A DNA stretch of 63,512 nucleotides, the filler included, from Choristocarpus tenellus KU-1152 (taxonomy: Eukaryota; Protista; Phaeophyceae): the NCBI GenBank assembly GCA_964200185.2. It is 12 parts of 12 records of this genome, joined end to end, with 100 filler letters (N's around TTAATTAATTAA, not from the genome) between each part and the next. Parts side by side here need not be neighbours in the genome. Positions count along the whole stretch, not along the records: positions 1 to 5,773 come from CAXNAD020009785.1; positions 5,874 to 9,808 come from CAXNAD020017062.1; positions 9,909 to 17,626 come from CAXNAD020005694.1; 9 more parts are not named here. One strand, written 5' to 3'. This document shows positions 1 through 10,640 of the stretch, piece by piece (the first letter of the stretch is position 1; every line of letters starts with the position of its first letter). The notes under the pieces were generated by a model, which saw only the letters and a program-made list of their open reading frames with translations, ran no database searches and was not told the origin of the DNA. The position numbers were made by a program, and so were the translations under genes.

Positions 1-24
1 CCCCCCTCCCAGATACTTTGGGCC
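1..24 (-). mobile_element. Terminus of MITE family B (G-tract family), truncated at window edge
   Basis: Reverse complement reads GGCCCAAAGTATCTGGGAGGGGGG. The same terminal motif occurs at 17475, 51600 and 59115. Confidence 0.55.
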
Positions 25-367
25 ATATGACAGAGTGTATATACGAGTAGTTCCTAGCATTCCCCCCTCCCAATAACCGCTTAATGTACTCTCTCCGATT
101 TGCCTCACCTCCAGTGCATTGTCAACTTCCGACAAAAATGCCGACTTGGGAGCACGAAGACAAGAGGACCAAGAAGAATGGCTAGGCGGTTTCTATGTAA
201 GCAAGGGAAACCTAAGGGTGATCACCTATAGTGGAAGAAGTAGCAGAGTGTTATGATTCCTTAGTTGCCATGGAGATGGTCAGACTCTTCAGTGTTCTTA
301 CTCATGGGGCACTGTAGAAGTTGCAAAAATGTGTGTGGTGTGAGTTGGCTTAGTGGTCCCAAGCTCT

Positions 368-625
368 GAGTGAAAGTATCTTAGAGGGTACAAGTTTTGC
401 CCTGTTTGTCCATTTGGGGCTTGGCTTCCCAGGGGTTCTTTTAGGACATTTTTCGCACTCAAATGTGTGTAGGACCAGGTAAAGTGAATGTGTTATGAAA
501 AGGTGTCTGGAACACGGATATTGACACTTGCTAACAAACACGATAGTCAAAATTACATCAAAATCGCAACATTGGATTATAGCCCCCAAATGTATGCGGC
601 TCTATCCTCTAAGATGCTTTGGCTC
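368..625 (+). mobile_element. MITE family A copy 1 (~260 bp, Sola2-like non-autonomous DNA transposon)
   Basis: Starts GAGTGAAAGTATCTTAGAGGGTAC and ends TATCCTCTAAGATGCTTTGGCTC (inverted termini). Internal sequence aligns with 7 other copies in the window. Confidence 0.9.
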
Positions 626-878
626 TCTCATGCATCAGACCAATGATATCATACCGCATAGTGCTTTGGGATACAAGAGCAAATGGGACATGAAAATACA
701 AGGTATGTGTTGATTGGTTCCCGTCTGTGAAAAAGAGGCATGGTGAGAAGGTACAGCAATAAGAAGAGGAACAAACACTGTAGATTGGGCACTACGTAGC
801 ACCTTGAATACTGCCAAGAACATTTCTAGTAGCCCTAAGGCCCTTTACAATACTTCAGGCAATCAATGCCTTCCACTG

Positions 879-1140
879 GAGTGAAAGTACCTTAGTACGT
901 ACGTACTACATTTGCCCTGCTTGTCCGTTTGGGGCTTGGCTTCCTCCGGGTTTGTTATGGCATTTTCCTACTCCTAAATCATTTTGGAGTAGGTAAAATG
1001 TATACGTTATGAGAAGATGTGTCTGGAACAAGGATATTGACACTTCCTAACAAACACGATAACCAAAATTACATCAAAATCGCAACATTGGATTTTGGCC
1101 CCAAATGGACACGGCTCTACCCTCTAAGATACTTGGACTC
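879..1140 (+). mobile_element. MITE family A copy 2
   Basis: GAGTGAAAGTACCTTAG ... TACCCTCTAAGATACTTGGACTC with the same internal sequence as the other copies. Target duplication is degenerate. Confidence 0.9.
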
Positions 1141-1801
1141 ACAAAGCATAAAATGTCCCACTCTCTGTGAGCCCTGGTCTGTTGGGGTTGACCTACTGTA
1201 CTTCCTGACGTTCCTTAGCCCCCTTTGATTAGTAAGTATTGTCGCTCCCCTGCATCTAGAGACGCCACACTCGAGCAACAACAAATACATATTATTGTTT
1301 TGCCTCTTATGCGTCCAAACTCTACCCCTTAGTCAGTCCACCCTGCCCCCTCACAGAAAGAACGCAGGGGGCTAGACTTAACCCTTGCGAATGCTGGCGC
1401 GATGATGTGTGAACTGAAGGTGAGCTTGTGTTTTTTTCCACCAGGCCAGATATTGTAGAGTCATTATCTATCTGCATGCAGCAGTGGCTCATTCAAACGT
1501 ACATGTACCTTGGTTTCCGAGTATAGTCTGTTCTGCAATACCAAACTCCACCACATGCTGCTGATGAGGAATTGTTGGGAGCAGTAAGCACAGTCTGCAC
1601 AGTTGGTTTCCTGTGTGTCTGGTGACTGTTGGTAACACAACCCAAGGAGGTTAAACGAGGAACTGTTTATGATGAGGCAGCAAGGGCAATGATAGCCGAG
1701 CTCAGTAGGCGAAAAATGTCCTCCCTTGAACGTGCACTACCGCTCTATGTCGTTTGATTGGCTTTCGTTTGTAGTAACAATTCAACTCTTGCTTCATGTA
1801 G

Positions 1802-4800
1802 GTCAAGCAACTCGATCTGAGGAGGGAGCTCATGGTCCTCAAGGGGACTCAAAACGACACTGGCTCAATAGATGTGCCACTCCCAAGGCTGGAGAGGCAA
1901 TTGAAAAAGGGCACTCAATCACCAGCTAGTGAGCAGTAAAATACTCTTGTTCATCATGACAACCAGAAGCATCTCAGACGAACCAGAAAGTTGTTGGGCA
2001 TCTGCAAACCAAGGAAGAACATCATCATTGACCCATCTCATTTTGAGTATAAAGTTGTGCTTGATGAGGGGACATTTGGTGAGTAAGAGCGTCCTATGCC
2101 GTATAGTATTGATCCAATTGCAGAAGACAACCCCGGCATTGTTTCGTGGGAGGCGCTACTGAGTGCATCATAGACAGCTAGCTGCATCTTTGTACCTATG
2201 GGAAAATGCCTCAAGAATATCATACATACATACTTTGTGTACTCTAGAGTACTACATGGCAATTGCATCACACCAAAATATGTGTCGTCCCCCATAGGGT
2301 TGTACACCTCAGTACAAACTCTTGCCACATCAAAAGAATGGGGCAATGAATGTCTTGCCTACGGTATAGTTGGTGAATCCACCCCTCTAGGATCGGAGAC
2401 CCCGGTTACCGGAGATTGAATGATTCTGGACTTCAGTTTTCGGAGCTAGTTATCCATTGACCACGTGCGTCAGGTTGACACTGTCAACCACACTGGGCCA
2501 ACAGAACCAAAAATCAATGGACTCAACAGAAAGATTGAGCTTGGGATACACTTGCTTGCAACATGTTTTCACATCTTTGCAGCCAGCCGCACCCAGCGTA
2601 CAATGAATGACCAATTGGCGTTGATGTTGTAAAAGTGTCACACCAACATCTATGGGGTGGGTGGAGTGCCATGGTAGAGACCCATAAGCAATTGCATAAG
2701 TGCGTGTTAGCTGCGGTGTGGAAGAAGGGGCTTCAGGCTGTATGTTCACATGAAAGTGGATAGTATCTTCTTGCTGGTGGGGCCGAGCGGCAGGCAGGGG
2801 GCATGATGTGTAAGAAATAGGAGTATTTCATTCTAGGGGTTACAACCCGAGTGAAAGTATCTTAGAGGGTACGAGTTTTGCCCTTTTTGTCCATTTGGGG
2901 CTTGCCTTCCCATGGGGTCTTTTATAACGTTTTCCGACTCCAAAATGTTTTCGAGTAGGTAAAATGTATACGCTATGAAAAGGTATGTCCAGAACGTGGA
3001 TATTGACACTTCCTAACAAACACGATGGTCAAAATTACAGCAAAATCGCAACATTGGATTTTGGCCCCCAAACGGACGTGGCTGTACCCTCTAAGATAAT
3101 TTGGCTCACCCGGCCGAAATAAGACAAGAACAGATTCCTACTGCTGGAGAAAATGTTACAGGGTACATCTTGCCCCCAAGACAGGACGAATTCTAGCCTC
3201 AGACAGTTTTGATCCTTACTGGAAGTCCTTTGCTGTAGACGACTCCCTATCTACCTGCTCCTTCCCTGTGGGTATAGGTTTTTGGTCGATTTGATGACAG
3301 TAGCCTTGAGCACGGTGACCAGTGGAGGCATGTTAAAGATGGCTTGTGAACCACTTTCATCCTCCCTGGTCAAACTAACACAAGCTTGAACTGCAGTATG
3401 TGCCATCCGGGGCCCCCATGGCCTCATCATGCGATTGATCAGGCTATGACTCTGAACGAGAGAATTCTTAAGTGGAATGCTTCCTCTCGTCAAGGCCAGA
3501 AGCGCAATCAGGCAGGTCCTTGATCATCTTATAGTGCACGAGATCCCCCACAACTCACTACCGTTCAATGCTGTTTTCCACGAGGAGAGCAAGGAACCTG
3601 ATCATTTCTATCCCCTGATGACCCTTGCCCCCTGTCTTTTTGCCTTTGTGGGCGCCCTCACAACAACTCTGATTATAGGGAGTGTAATGCTTGCTAAGTA
3701 TCACCCCGATCCAAGAACGGTTCCAACGATGTTGAGCAAATTGGGGGAGCACTTTTGTGATGAGGACAAATCCCTCGTTGCTGTGAAGAAGCAGCTTTCT
3801 CACATGGAAGAAAGCTTTGAAGGGGTGAGGATACACATGCGGACTAGAAGCTTGCAACCATTAGGACAGAAATGGTCCCATTGCCAGGAGGAGCACAAAA
3901 CATACACATCAGTAGTAGATGGTCTTCAAATTTGATCAAGGAAGTAATAGATGGTATTCCCTACTCTGCATGTCACACTGAAGTGTTCATTTCCCTCAAT
4001 ATCCTAGTGCTGGTGTCTTCTCTTGGGCAAGAATATCTAGAAGGGAGACTACCATCCCACTCCCTATTTGACTGTGTCATTTTGACAATGAGTGTACCCT
4101 TTGACCCCAAAAACTTGAAACAGGAGCACCTTCTGCTGAAGATGGACCACCCTTCCATTATCGCGACATTTGGCATCTGTAAGGATTGCCCAAATTCCCT
4201 AGTGATGGAGTACATGTCCAGGGGGAATGCATTGGACTTTGTGGAAAGCGTGGCACACAGGTATGATTCATTCGTTGGGATCAGGAGCCCTGAAACTTAT
4301 GCTCTCATGTACCAGAGCTTGGGGGTCATAGTTCAGAGATATTGGTGTAAAGACTGATAAATCGACCCTTCGCCCTCAAGTTCCCCCGTAGGAGGATTTC
4401 CCCCCTTAGCCTTTCCTTGGCTTGGCAATCGTTCCCCGCTGACACTGTGGCGTCTGTCATCTCCAACAATGTAAACAGTCCAACCAGGTACCCAGTCTTA
4501 GGACCTTTCTTTCAATAGAGGTTAAGCCCAAGCAAAAATGTCAGCGCAAGGTCAAAGCACAATCATTGCCCCTCAATTGAAATGTCAGATATGCAACATA
4601 CACTTTGGTCATATTACTGGCCTTGGGTTGGAAGATGGACTACTGAAGAGGGAACTGCAACTTGTTTTCTCATGCACCTGGCCTGAGAGTTGTTGACTGG
4701 TTGTACTGTCGTCAATGCATCACAGTATTGCTCAAGGCAACTAAACAGAGCTTGGTTGATTCAGTCCCCACCCCATCCCGCCCAGTAGTGTGATTTCAGT

Positions 4801-5773
4801 GTCCTCGTTTTTACATCACTACCTGTACCAGTGCACACCCCACCAAGTTCTTTCTCTTATCACCACAAGCACTTGAGTTAACTGCACAACATTCTCAAGT
4901 GCAAATAGATACTACTATATTTGAAAGGGTGAATATGTTATATGCATCCTCACACAAACGTCAAACTGCAGTATACCATGTGATTGAGTCAGTGTATGCC
5001 ATGTTTATCTACAAGCTGTTCCACCAGGTCTGTGGCTTGTGTATTTCTCAAGGCAATGCCTGCAAGTAGAATGACCAAAGACCCAACACGTAGCAATGAA
5101 GAACCTGGCCGGCAATTGCTCTGTATGAGCCAATATCTGGGAGGAGTGCAGGGCGATTGATTTACTGAACATGTTTCAAACACTTCCAGATTTGTTTTTT
5201 CTTCACCTCCAAAGGATCACCCAACACTCAACGATCTCATCCAACCTATTTCAATACACTAATGTAACAACCACCCTAACCAATCATTCTCTCCTCTTCA
5301 GCAATGGGGGCAATGTGCCGGAGGGTGCTATTGCCAAAATTGCAAGGGGGATCACCAGGTATGTTCTTGTGGTACTACACAACTATTTCACTTCGACATA
5401 GGGATAACATGGAGGCGGGTGCAGCGCGTGAGACTGATAAATACATGTGCTACTATTCCTGACAAACCACTTATCTCCGTAATACTGGAAGGCAGGGCTC
5501 GAGCGTTTTCAAGCATACAACGTAGAAACAACAACAACACCAGACTACTCACTACTGCAAAGTCATTGACTTCTCTCTTTCAAGTGTTTCCCCCACACTT
5601 TGGACTGACAAACTCTATACCCCTACTCCTTGTGAAGGACGCTTGCAATGGTTGTACTCTGAAGCAATAACTCATCAGACCCACAATCTGTGTCCTCTGT
5701 GATTGCCGGTGATGGTGCTCTCAGTGCTCTGGCCTACCTGCATGAACGGAATGTTGTCCATGCCGATGTCAAA
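1802..5773 (+). pseudogene. Spliced protein kinase (TKL-like), probably disabled; runs off the contig end
   Basis: GT-AG exons 1802-2078 (..IIDPSHFEYKVVLDEGTF), 3679-3824 (GSVMLAKY..LVAVKK..SFEG), 4124-4260 (EHLLLKMDHPSIIATFG..LVMEYMSRGN) and ~5679-5773 (ALAYLHERNVVHADVK) give subdomains I-VIb in order. There is an in-frame TAA at 1937-1939, the G-loop is degraded (DEGTFG), and the phase does not match before the last exon. Confidence 0.7.
2849..3107 (+). mobile_element. MITE family A copy 3 with ACCC target-site duplication
   Basis: ACCC|GAGTGAAAGTATCTTAGAGGGTAC ... GTACCCTCTAAGATAATTTGGCTC|ACCC. Lies in the kinase intron. Confidence 0.93.
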
Positions 5774-5873
5774 NNNNNNNNNNNNNNNNNNNNNNNNNNN
5801 NNNNNNNNNNNNNNNNNTTAATTAATTAANNNNNNNNNNNNNNNNNNNNNNNNNNNNNNNNNNNNNNNNNNNN
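5774..5873. other. Artificial contig-joining spacer
   Basis: N44-TTAATTAATTAA-N44, which places stops in all six frames. Identical at all 11 junctions. Confidence 0.98.
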
Positions 5874-6546
5874 GGGGGGGGAGGGCAGGGTCTCATTGTC
5901 CCATACCGGTTTGGCTGCACTCGTTCTTGTTTAATTTCAGAAGGTCTCCTAAACATTGAGCGTGACCCGCTGTTAGTCTCGGTATGACATACATTAGTTG
6001 ATCCAAATATGCCAACCATCACAGAGACGAGCGAGTGAGCCAAAACGCAACTGACAAAATAAAAAAAATACTGACAAAATCTATGGCAATCGAACATTGC
6101 TCCGAGCTACAAGTGTGCCATTTTGAACACCAACTCAGACACACGAGTACGAGTACATGTGTGTGTGCAAGAGTGTTCAAGAGATACAGAGCACTGTAGT
6201 GGCGGTGAGGTGGACATGGACCAGTACTACGCTCAGGCAGTGTAACAGAAAAAAAAAGACACGACCGAACAAAGAAAGCAAACTCGTCAGACCCGCACCC
6301 CTTTGCCTCAAGAGCAGAATCTAACAGAAATTGTATGTATTGGTTATGATGATGTACCAATCGTGTAATCGAATTTCACAAGGTTCTCTGTTATACACAA
6401 CTTTTGCTTGCAAAGTCTAGAGTCATCTTACTGCCTGTAACCATTAGATTTTTGGCACAAAATGGCCTTCTGCACACCATGTTTACAGTCATTCCCATCT
6501 CAGTCTCACCCCCAATCCCCCTATCTAAGCCCCACCACCTCCACAC

Positions 6547-7685
6547 CTCTACACCAAGTTTCCGGCAGGCCTCTACCACCTCCCTTGCCCTGAGAGCTCC
6601 TTCCACATGCCCGGCAGTCCTTGGTAAGTTTCTTTCTGAAGCCCTTCGAAGGAGAAGCAACAAAGGGTGTGGGGACCGTCAAGAACACTGTTCAAACAAA
6701 ATGATCTGGGGCATGGGTTGAAAATTTGTGGGGTGTGGGGATAAGGGGATTAAGCTATTAGCAGGCCTTGGGGTAGAGATTTTTTCATTGCATCAACAAA
6801 CCTTCACTTACGGAGGTTATGTAGGGGTCTGGTAACAGGGGCCAAGAGATAAAATATGTGCGTATACAACGGCACGGGAGGCAAGAGATGGGTGCATCCC
6901 CGGTGTCGCCCATTGATACCAGAAGAGAGAAGGAAGAACATTGCGAGATTGAAAAATGACCTGGTAGAGATAGTTGCACGAATGAGAGTGCCCCCTTCAG
7001 ACTTCGAAGCTGCATGGTTCTATAGTGAGGATAACCTGAGAGAGTATATTGAAAACTGTCTACCCCCAACGATTTAAATCTGAAGCAGCAGAAGGCAGTG
7101 CACTGGCACTACTCACCACCGCCCATTGCCATCCAGGATGAATGCCACGTGCCGGGGTACTCTGAAGCCCAAGTCAATCCTTTCATCCTCAACAGCTCCC
7201 ACCGCCGCACATCTCTTCTTCAACTTCCCACCCCCTATTTGGTCCTCAGCTATTCCCTGCGCCACTAGATCGTTCTGAGGAAACCTAACTTCTACATCAG
7301 AGGTCTTCCCATCAACATTGACGCTAGCATTATCGCTGGCAATCTCCATCACCGCTCGAGACCCTGTCCCTGCCTCACCGACCTTGGTCGTCTTCCGTCC
7401 AATTTGGTCAGCGGTGTCGCAATGCCTTGAGGGCGCGCTTTGTGCTCTCAGCCTCCAGCTGCCTCCAGCTGCCCCAACCCAGGAGTTTGGGTATCGACTA
7501 CTCCATACAAATCCAGGCCCACGACAGGCGTGACCATGGAAAAGTGGGCAGGAGGGATAGCAGAATGCCGCATCTGTTGTCTGACTACTTGGCAAAGACT
7601 GCACCGTTCTAGTCGCGAGTGCAAAGATTGCTGCAGGTTTGAACAGAGTCAGTATCCATAGACTGTTGGCTCTTCCAACCTCCAT
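6547..7685 (-). CDS. cis-prenyltransferase (UppS/DHDDS family), 5' exons, likely plastid-targeted
   Basis: Exon 1 (7685-7117) ends VPRHVAFILDGNGRW at a GTGAGT donor. Exon 2 (6643-6547) reads ASERNLPRTAGHVEGALRAREVVEACRKLGVE. These are the conserved UppS motifs I-II. The N-terminus is hydrophobic, followed by an 'AAF' motif and an S/R-rich stretch. Confidence 0.9.
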
Positions 7686-7980
7686 TCCAGTCAATCCAGT
7701 AAGGCCAGAGGCTAGCCCAACTCTGTCGGAATGGATGAAGGGGAGAGCAGGTTAATCCTGAAAGGTGAAGGGTGAAGGTGAGAGGAGAGTAGACTGAAAC
7801 GTAAAAATCGGAGGGTGTATCAAAGAACACGTTGTTGTTGTCTGTTCTTGTGTTTACAACACCCATGGAGTTACGGATAACATCAGCACCGCTTGCCCCG
7901 TCTGGACTTTGCCACATCATTAGCCATACGTAAGAATTACAGCAGGAGGCTCCTTCCGTGCTTCTCAACCTTGCTCCACC

Positions 7981-9093
7981 ATGGGCGATTCCGAGGTGAA
8001 GGATGCCAGGGATAGAGCAAATTTAAGAAGATTGAAATAAGTCAAAGCTTCCGATCAAGTCAAAGTGTGTTAACCAATTCCCAGACCTTGCCCTCTTCGC
8101 CTCCATAAGCAGGTCATTCAGTTGAACCAGGAGCTTGCTTCGGTGAAGGACCGTGCAAAGGTGTACGTCGCCAAGCTTAACGAGGTGAATATTGTAGTTA
8201 GAGTGCATGTTTCTTGTTAGACTTTGCTAGGTTCAGTTGTACGTCAGATGACTCTCGTACAAGATGAAGAGGTTCCAAGGTGCGGTATATTCGAGAAGGT
8301 CAATGATACACCATGGTAGCTATTGAAAATGACATGTATTGGCTACCTAGCCTGACAAAGCGGTCCCGTCACATCATACCAAGAACAGACTGAGAGACAG
8401 TGAGATTCTTCGTGTGCAGCATGTGATTTCCTATTTCTTCTCTTTCCTCCTTCTCTCCTCAAACCTAGGAGAAAGTGGCTCTGGCGAAGGAAGTGCAGGA
8501 TAAGGTTGCTATCCTCGCGGGGGTAAAGGAAAAGACCAAAGCGTATGTGGAGAGGATGGCTGCTGAGAAAGCTTCGGCTATTGCTGCACTCGAGGCCCAG
8601 GTGCGAAGCCCAGGATGCCAAAAAGTAACAATATCGGTGGGACTCTACTCCAACATAACTCTCTTCACTTCCGCAGCTCTAAAGTTTATTGTAGCTGCAA
8701 GTCACTTGGGATGATGCCTAGTCACCAGCAACACCAGCACTTGTAGTCAGGGTCATCCATCAAACTGGTCGGGTCAGGTTGGGAGCACATGATGTCATTT
8801 GCACCAAACTTCAAAATGGGAAGGAGTATCGCAGTTGAGGTGGTCTAGTGCAGGGAAAGTTCCTTCCGCTGTTTTGATTACCCTTCAAAGTTGCACTCGA
8901 GTTTGAGGCGAACCACCATTTGCCTCCCATCGAATACGGGGGCAACTCTGTTCGTTTTTCCTCCCCTGCCATTACTTTTCTTCTTGCATTTTTTCTCGTC
9001 AAGGTGAAAGAGAAAGACGACCACCTGCACAAAGCCAAGGAACTCCTCCAGGAGCAACTAGCCTCCAAGGACATGGAGATTGCAGCTGCCGTG
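7981..9093 (+). CDS. Coiled-coil protein of unknown function, 5' exons
   Basis: Phase-0 GT-AG exons 7981-7995, 8113-8184 (VIQLNQELASVKDRAKVYVAKLNE), 8469-8600 (EKVALAKEVQDK..VKEKTKAYVERMAAEK..) and 9004-9093. Heptad-like E/K/A composition. Confidence 0.7.
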
Positions 9094-9808
9094 GTATGTT
9101 GTAGCAGTGTAATATATAACATGGTCTGATGGGATGATTGCGAGTGATGTGAGTATCAAACACTAGTCAATACGGGCTTGTGCCAAATTGTGTATCACTC
9201 CCGATTACTCATACGGGGCATGTTTCATTGCGGACTGATCTCAACAGAGGACAGGGATGGGAAATATAGATCTTCTATCCACTAGAGCAGTTCGTTAAGC
9301 AACTAGTGGCCATGTTGGTGCAGTGGAATATCAATATTTCACTAGGGTCATTCCTCACCTATATGCTGCCGCAACAAACCTGCGAAAAAGATTCATCTTG
9401 ATTTTCTCGTGTTTGGCTTCAAAAAAATGAACCTACATCGAACATCCATGGATCAGGAGGATAGCCACAATGTGACACAAACCATCCCTCTCGGGGATGT
9501 AGATTGGCTGGGTTGGGGGAGGTTTCACTGTGCAAACTCTATTGAAACGATGAACTTGAAAATCAAGGTGGTTATTTTTAATAGTAGTTCCCTCAATTCT
9601 TTGTCTACTCCTTCACTGTCTTTTGCTAGAGAATTCAGGCGTTTTGTTCCGTCTGATGCCCAATTTTTTATGTTAAAAAATAGAAAAGTGAACGATGTCC
9701 CTATTGGCGATTGTGGAATAATTGATGGCGTTCATAGTCCTTACACGCCCTGTAAAAAAAAAAATGCTGATGATTTAATCCCTCAACAACAACAAAAAAT
9801 CCAACTCA

Positions 9809-9908
9809 NNNNNNNNNNNNNNNNNNNNNNNNNNNNNNNNNNNNNNNNNNNNTTAATTAATTAANNNNNNNNNNNNNNNNNNNNNNNNNNNNNNNNNNNN
9901 NNNNNNNN
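9809..9908. other. Artificial contig-joining spacer
   Basis: N44-TTAATTAATTAA-N44. Confidence 0.98.
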
Positions 9909-10464
9909 ATACCCACCCCCCCCGCCAAGGGGGGGGGGGGGGGGGTTCACTCACCACCCCCCAACAACAACAAAAAAAAGAAAAAAAAAGAAAAAAAAAA
10001 CGCGACGAGCACATTCGACCCCGTACTGGCAGCAACACAAGGGACAGCCGCAGAGCGGACTTTCACTACTCAGCTAGTAAGTAGACGGCATAAGCAGGCG
10101 CCCGGTCGATAATCCGCCGAGCGGTGCTGCAAGGAACAGGACAAAAGCTTTCGGGGACAACGCCGCTTGAGAAACTCCGGTGAGGAAGGGCCCACAACTG
10201 TTACCTTCGTTTCTTGACCAACTTTGGCCAATGAGAAAGGCCCTATACTGTCCGAAGAGGTTTCCGCGCTGGTCCAAGAACAGTACCCGCTACGACCGGC
10301 GCGTACGCGCCGGAGCATTCTGCGTCCCTGCGTAATTCCCAGTCACAGCATGGACCGCATCAAACTATCACTGGCCCTAACGCCTCTGTGTTGTTCTTAT
10401 ACTGCTGCCCTCGAAGCAACTGATAGAGCTGTACGGCATAAGAAGGAGTAGTTGTTCAAAGCAC

Positions 10465-10608
10465 CTTGAGTGCAGTTCGAGAGATTGGCTGCCTTCCCCT
10501 GGAGAGTCTCCTCTCTGCCCTCCTGCCAGCCCTCCTGGACGCCTGAAGCTGGTTGGAACATGTCGTACAAGTACGGATAAAGCCTGCCCAAGGCGGAAAC
10601 AACACACA

Positions 10609-10640
<32 letters not shown>

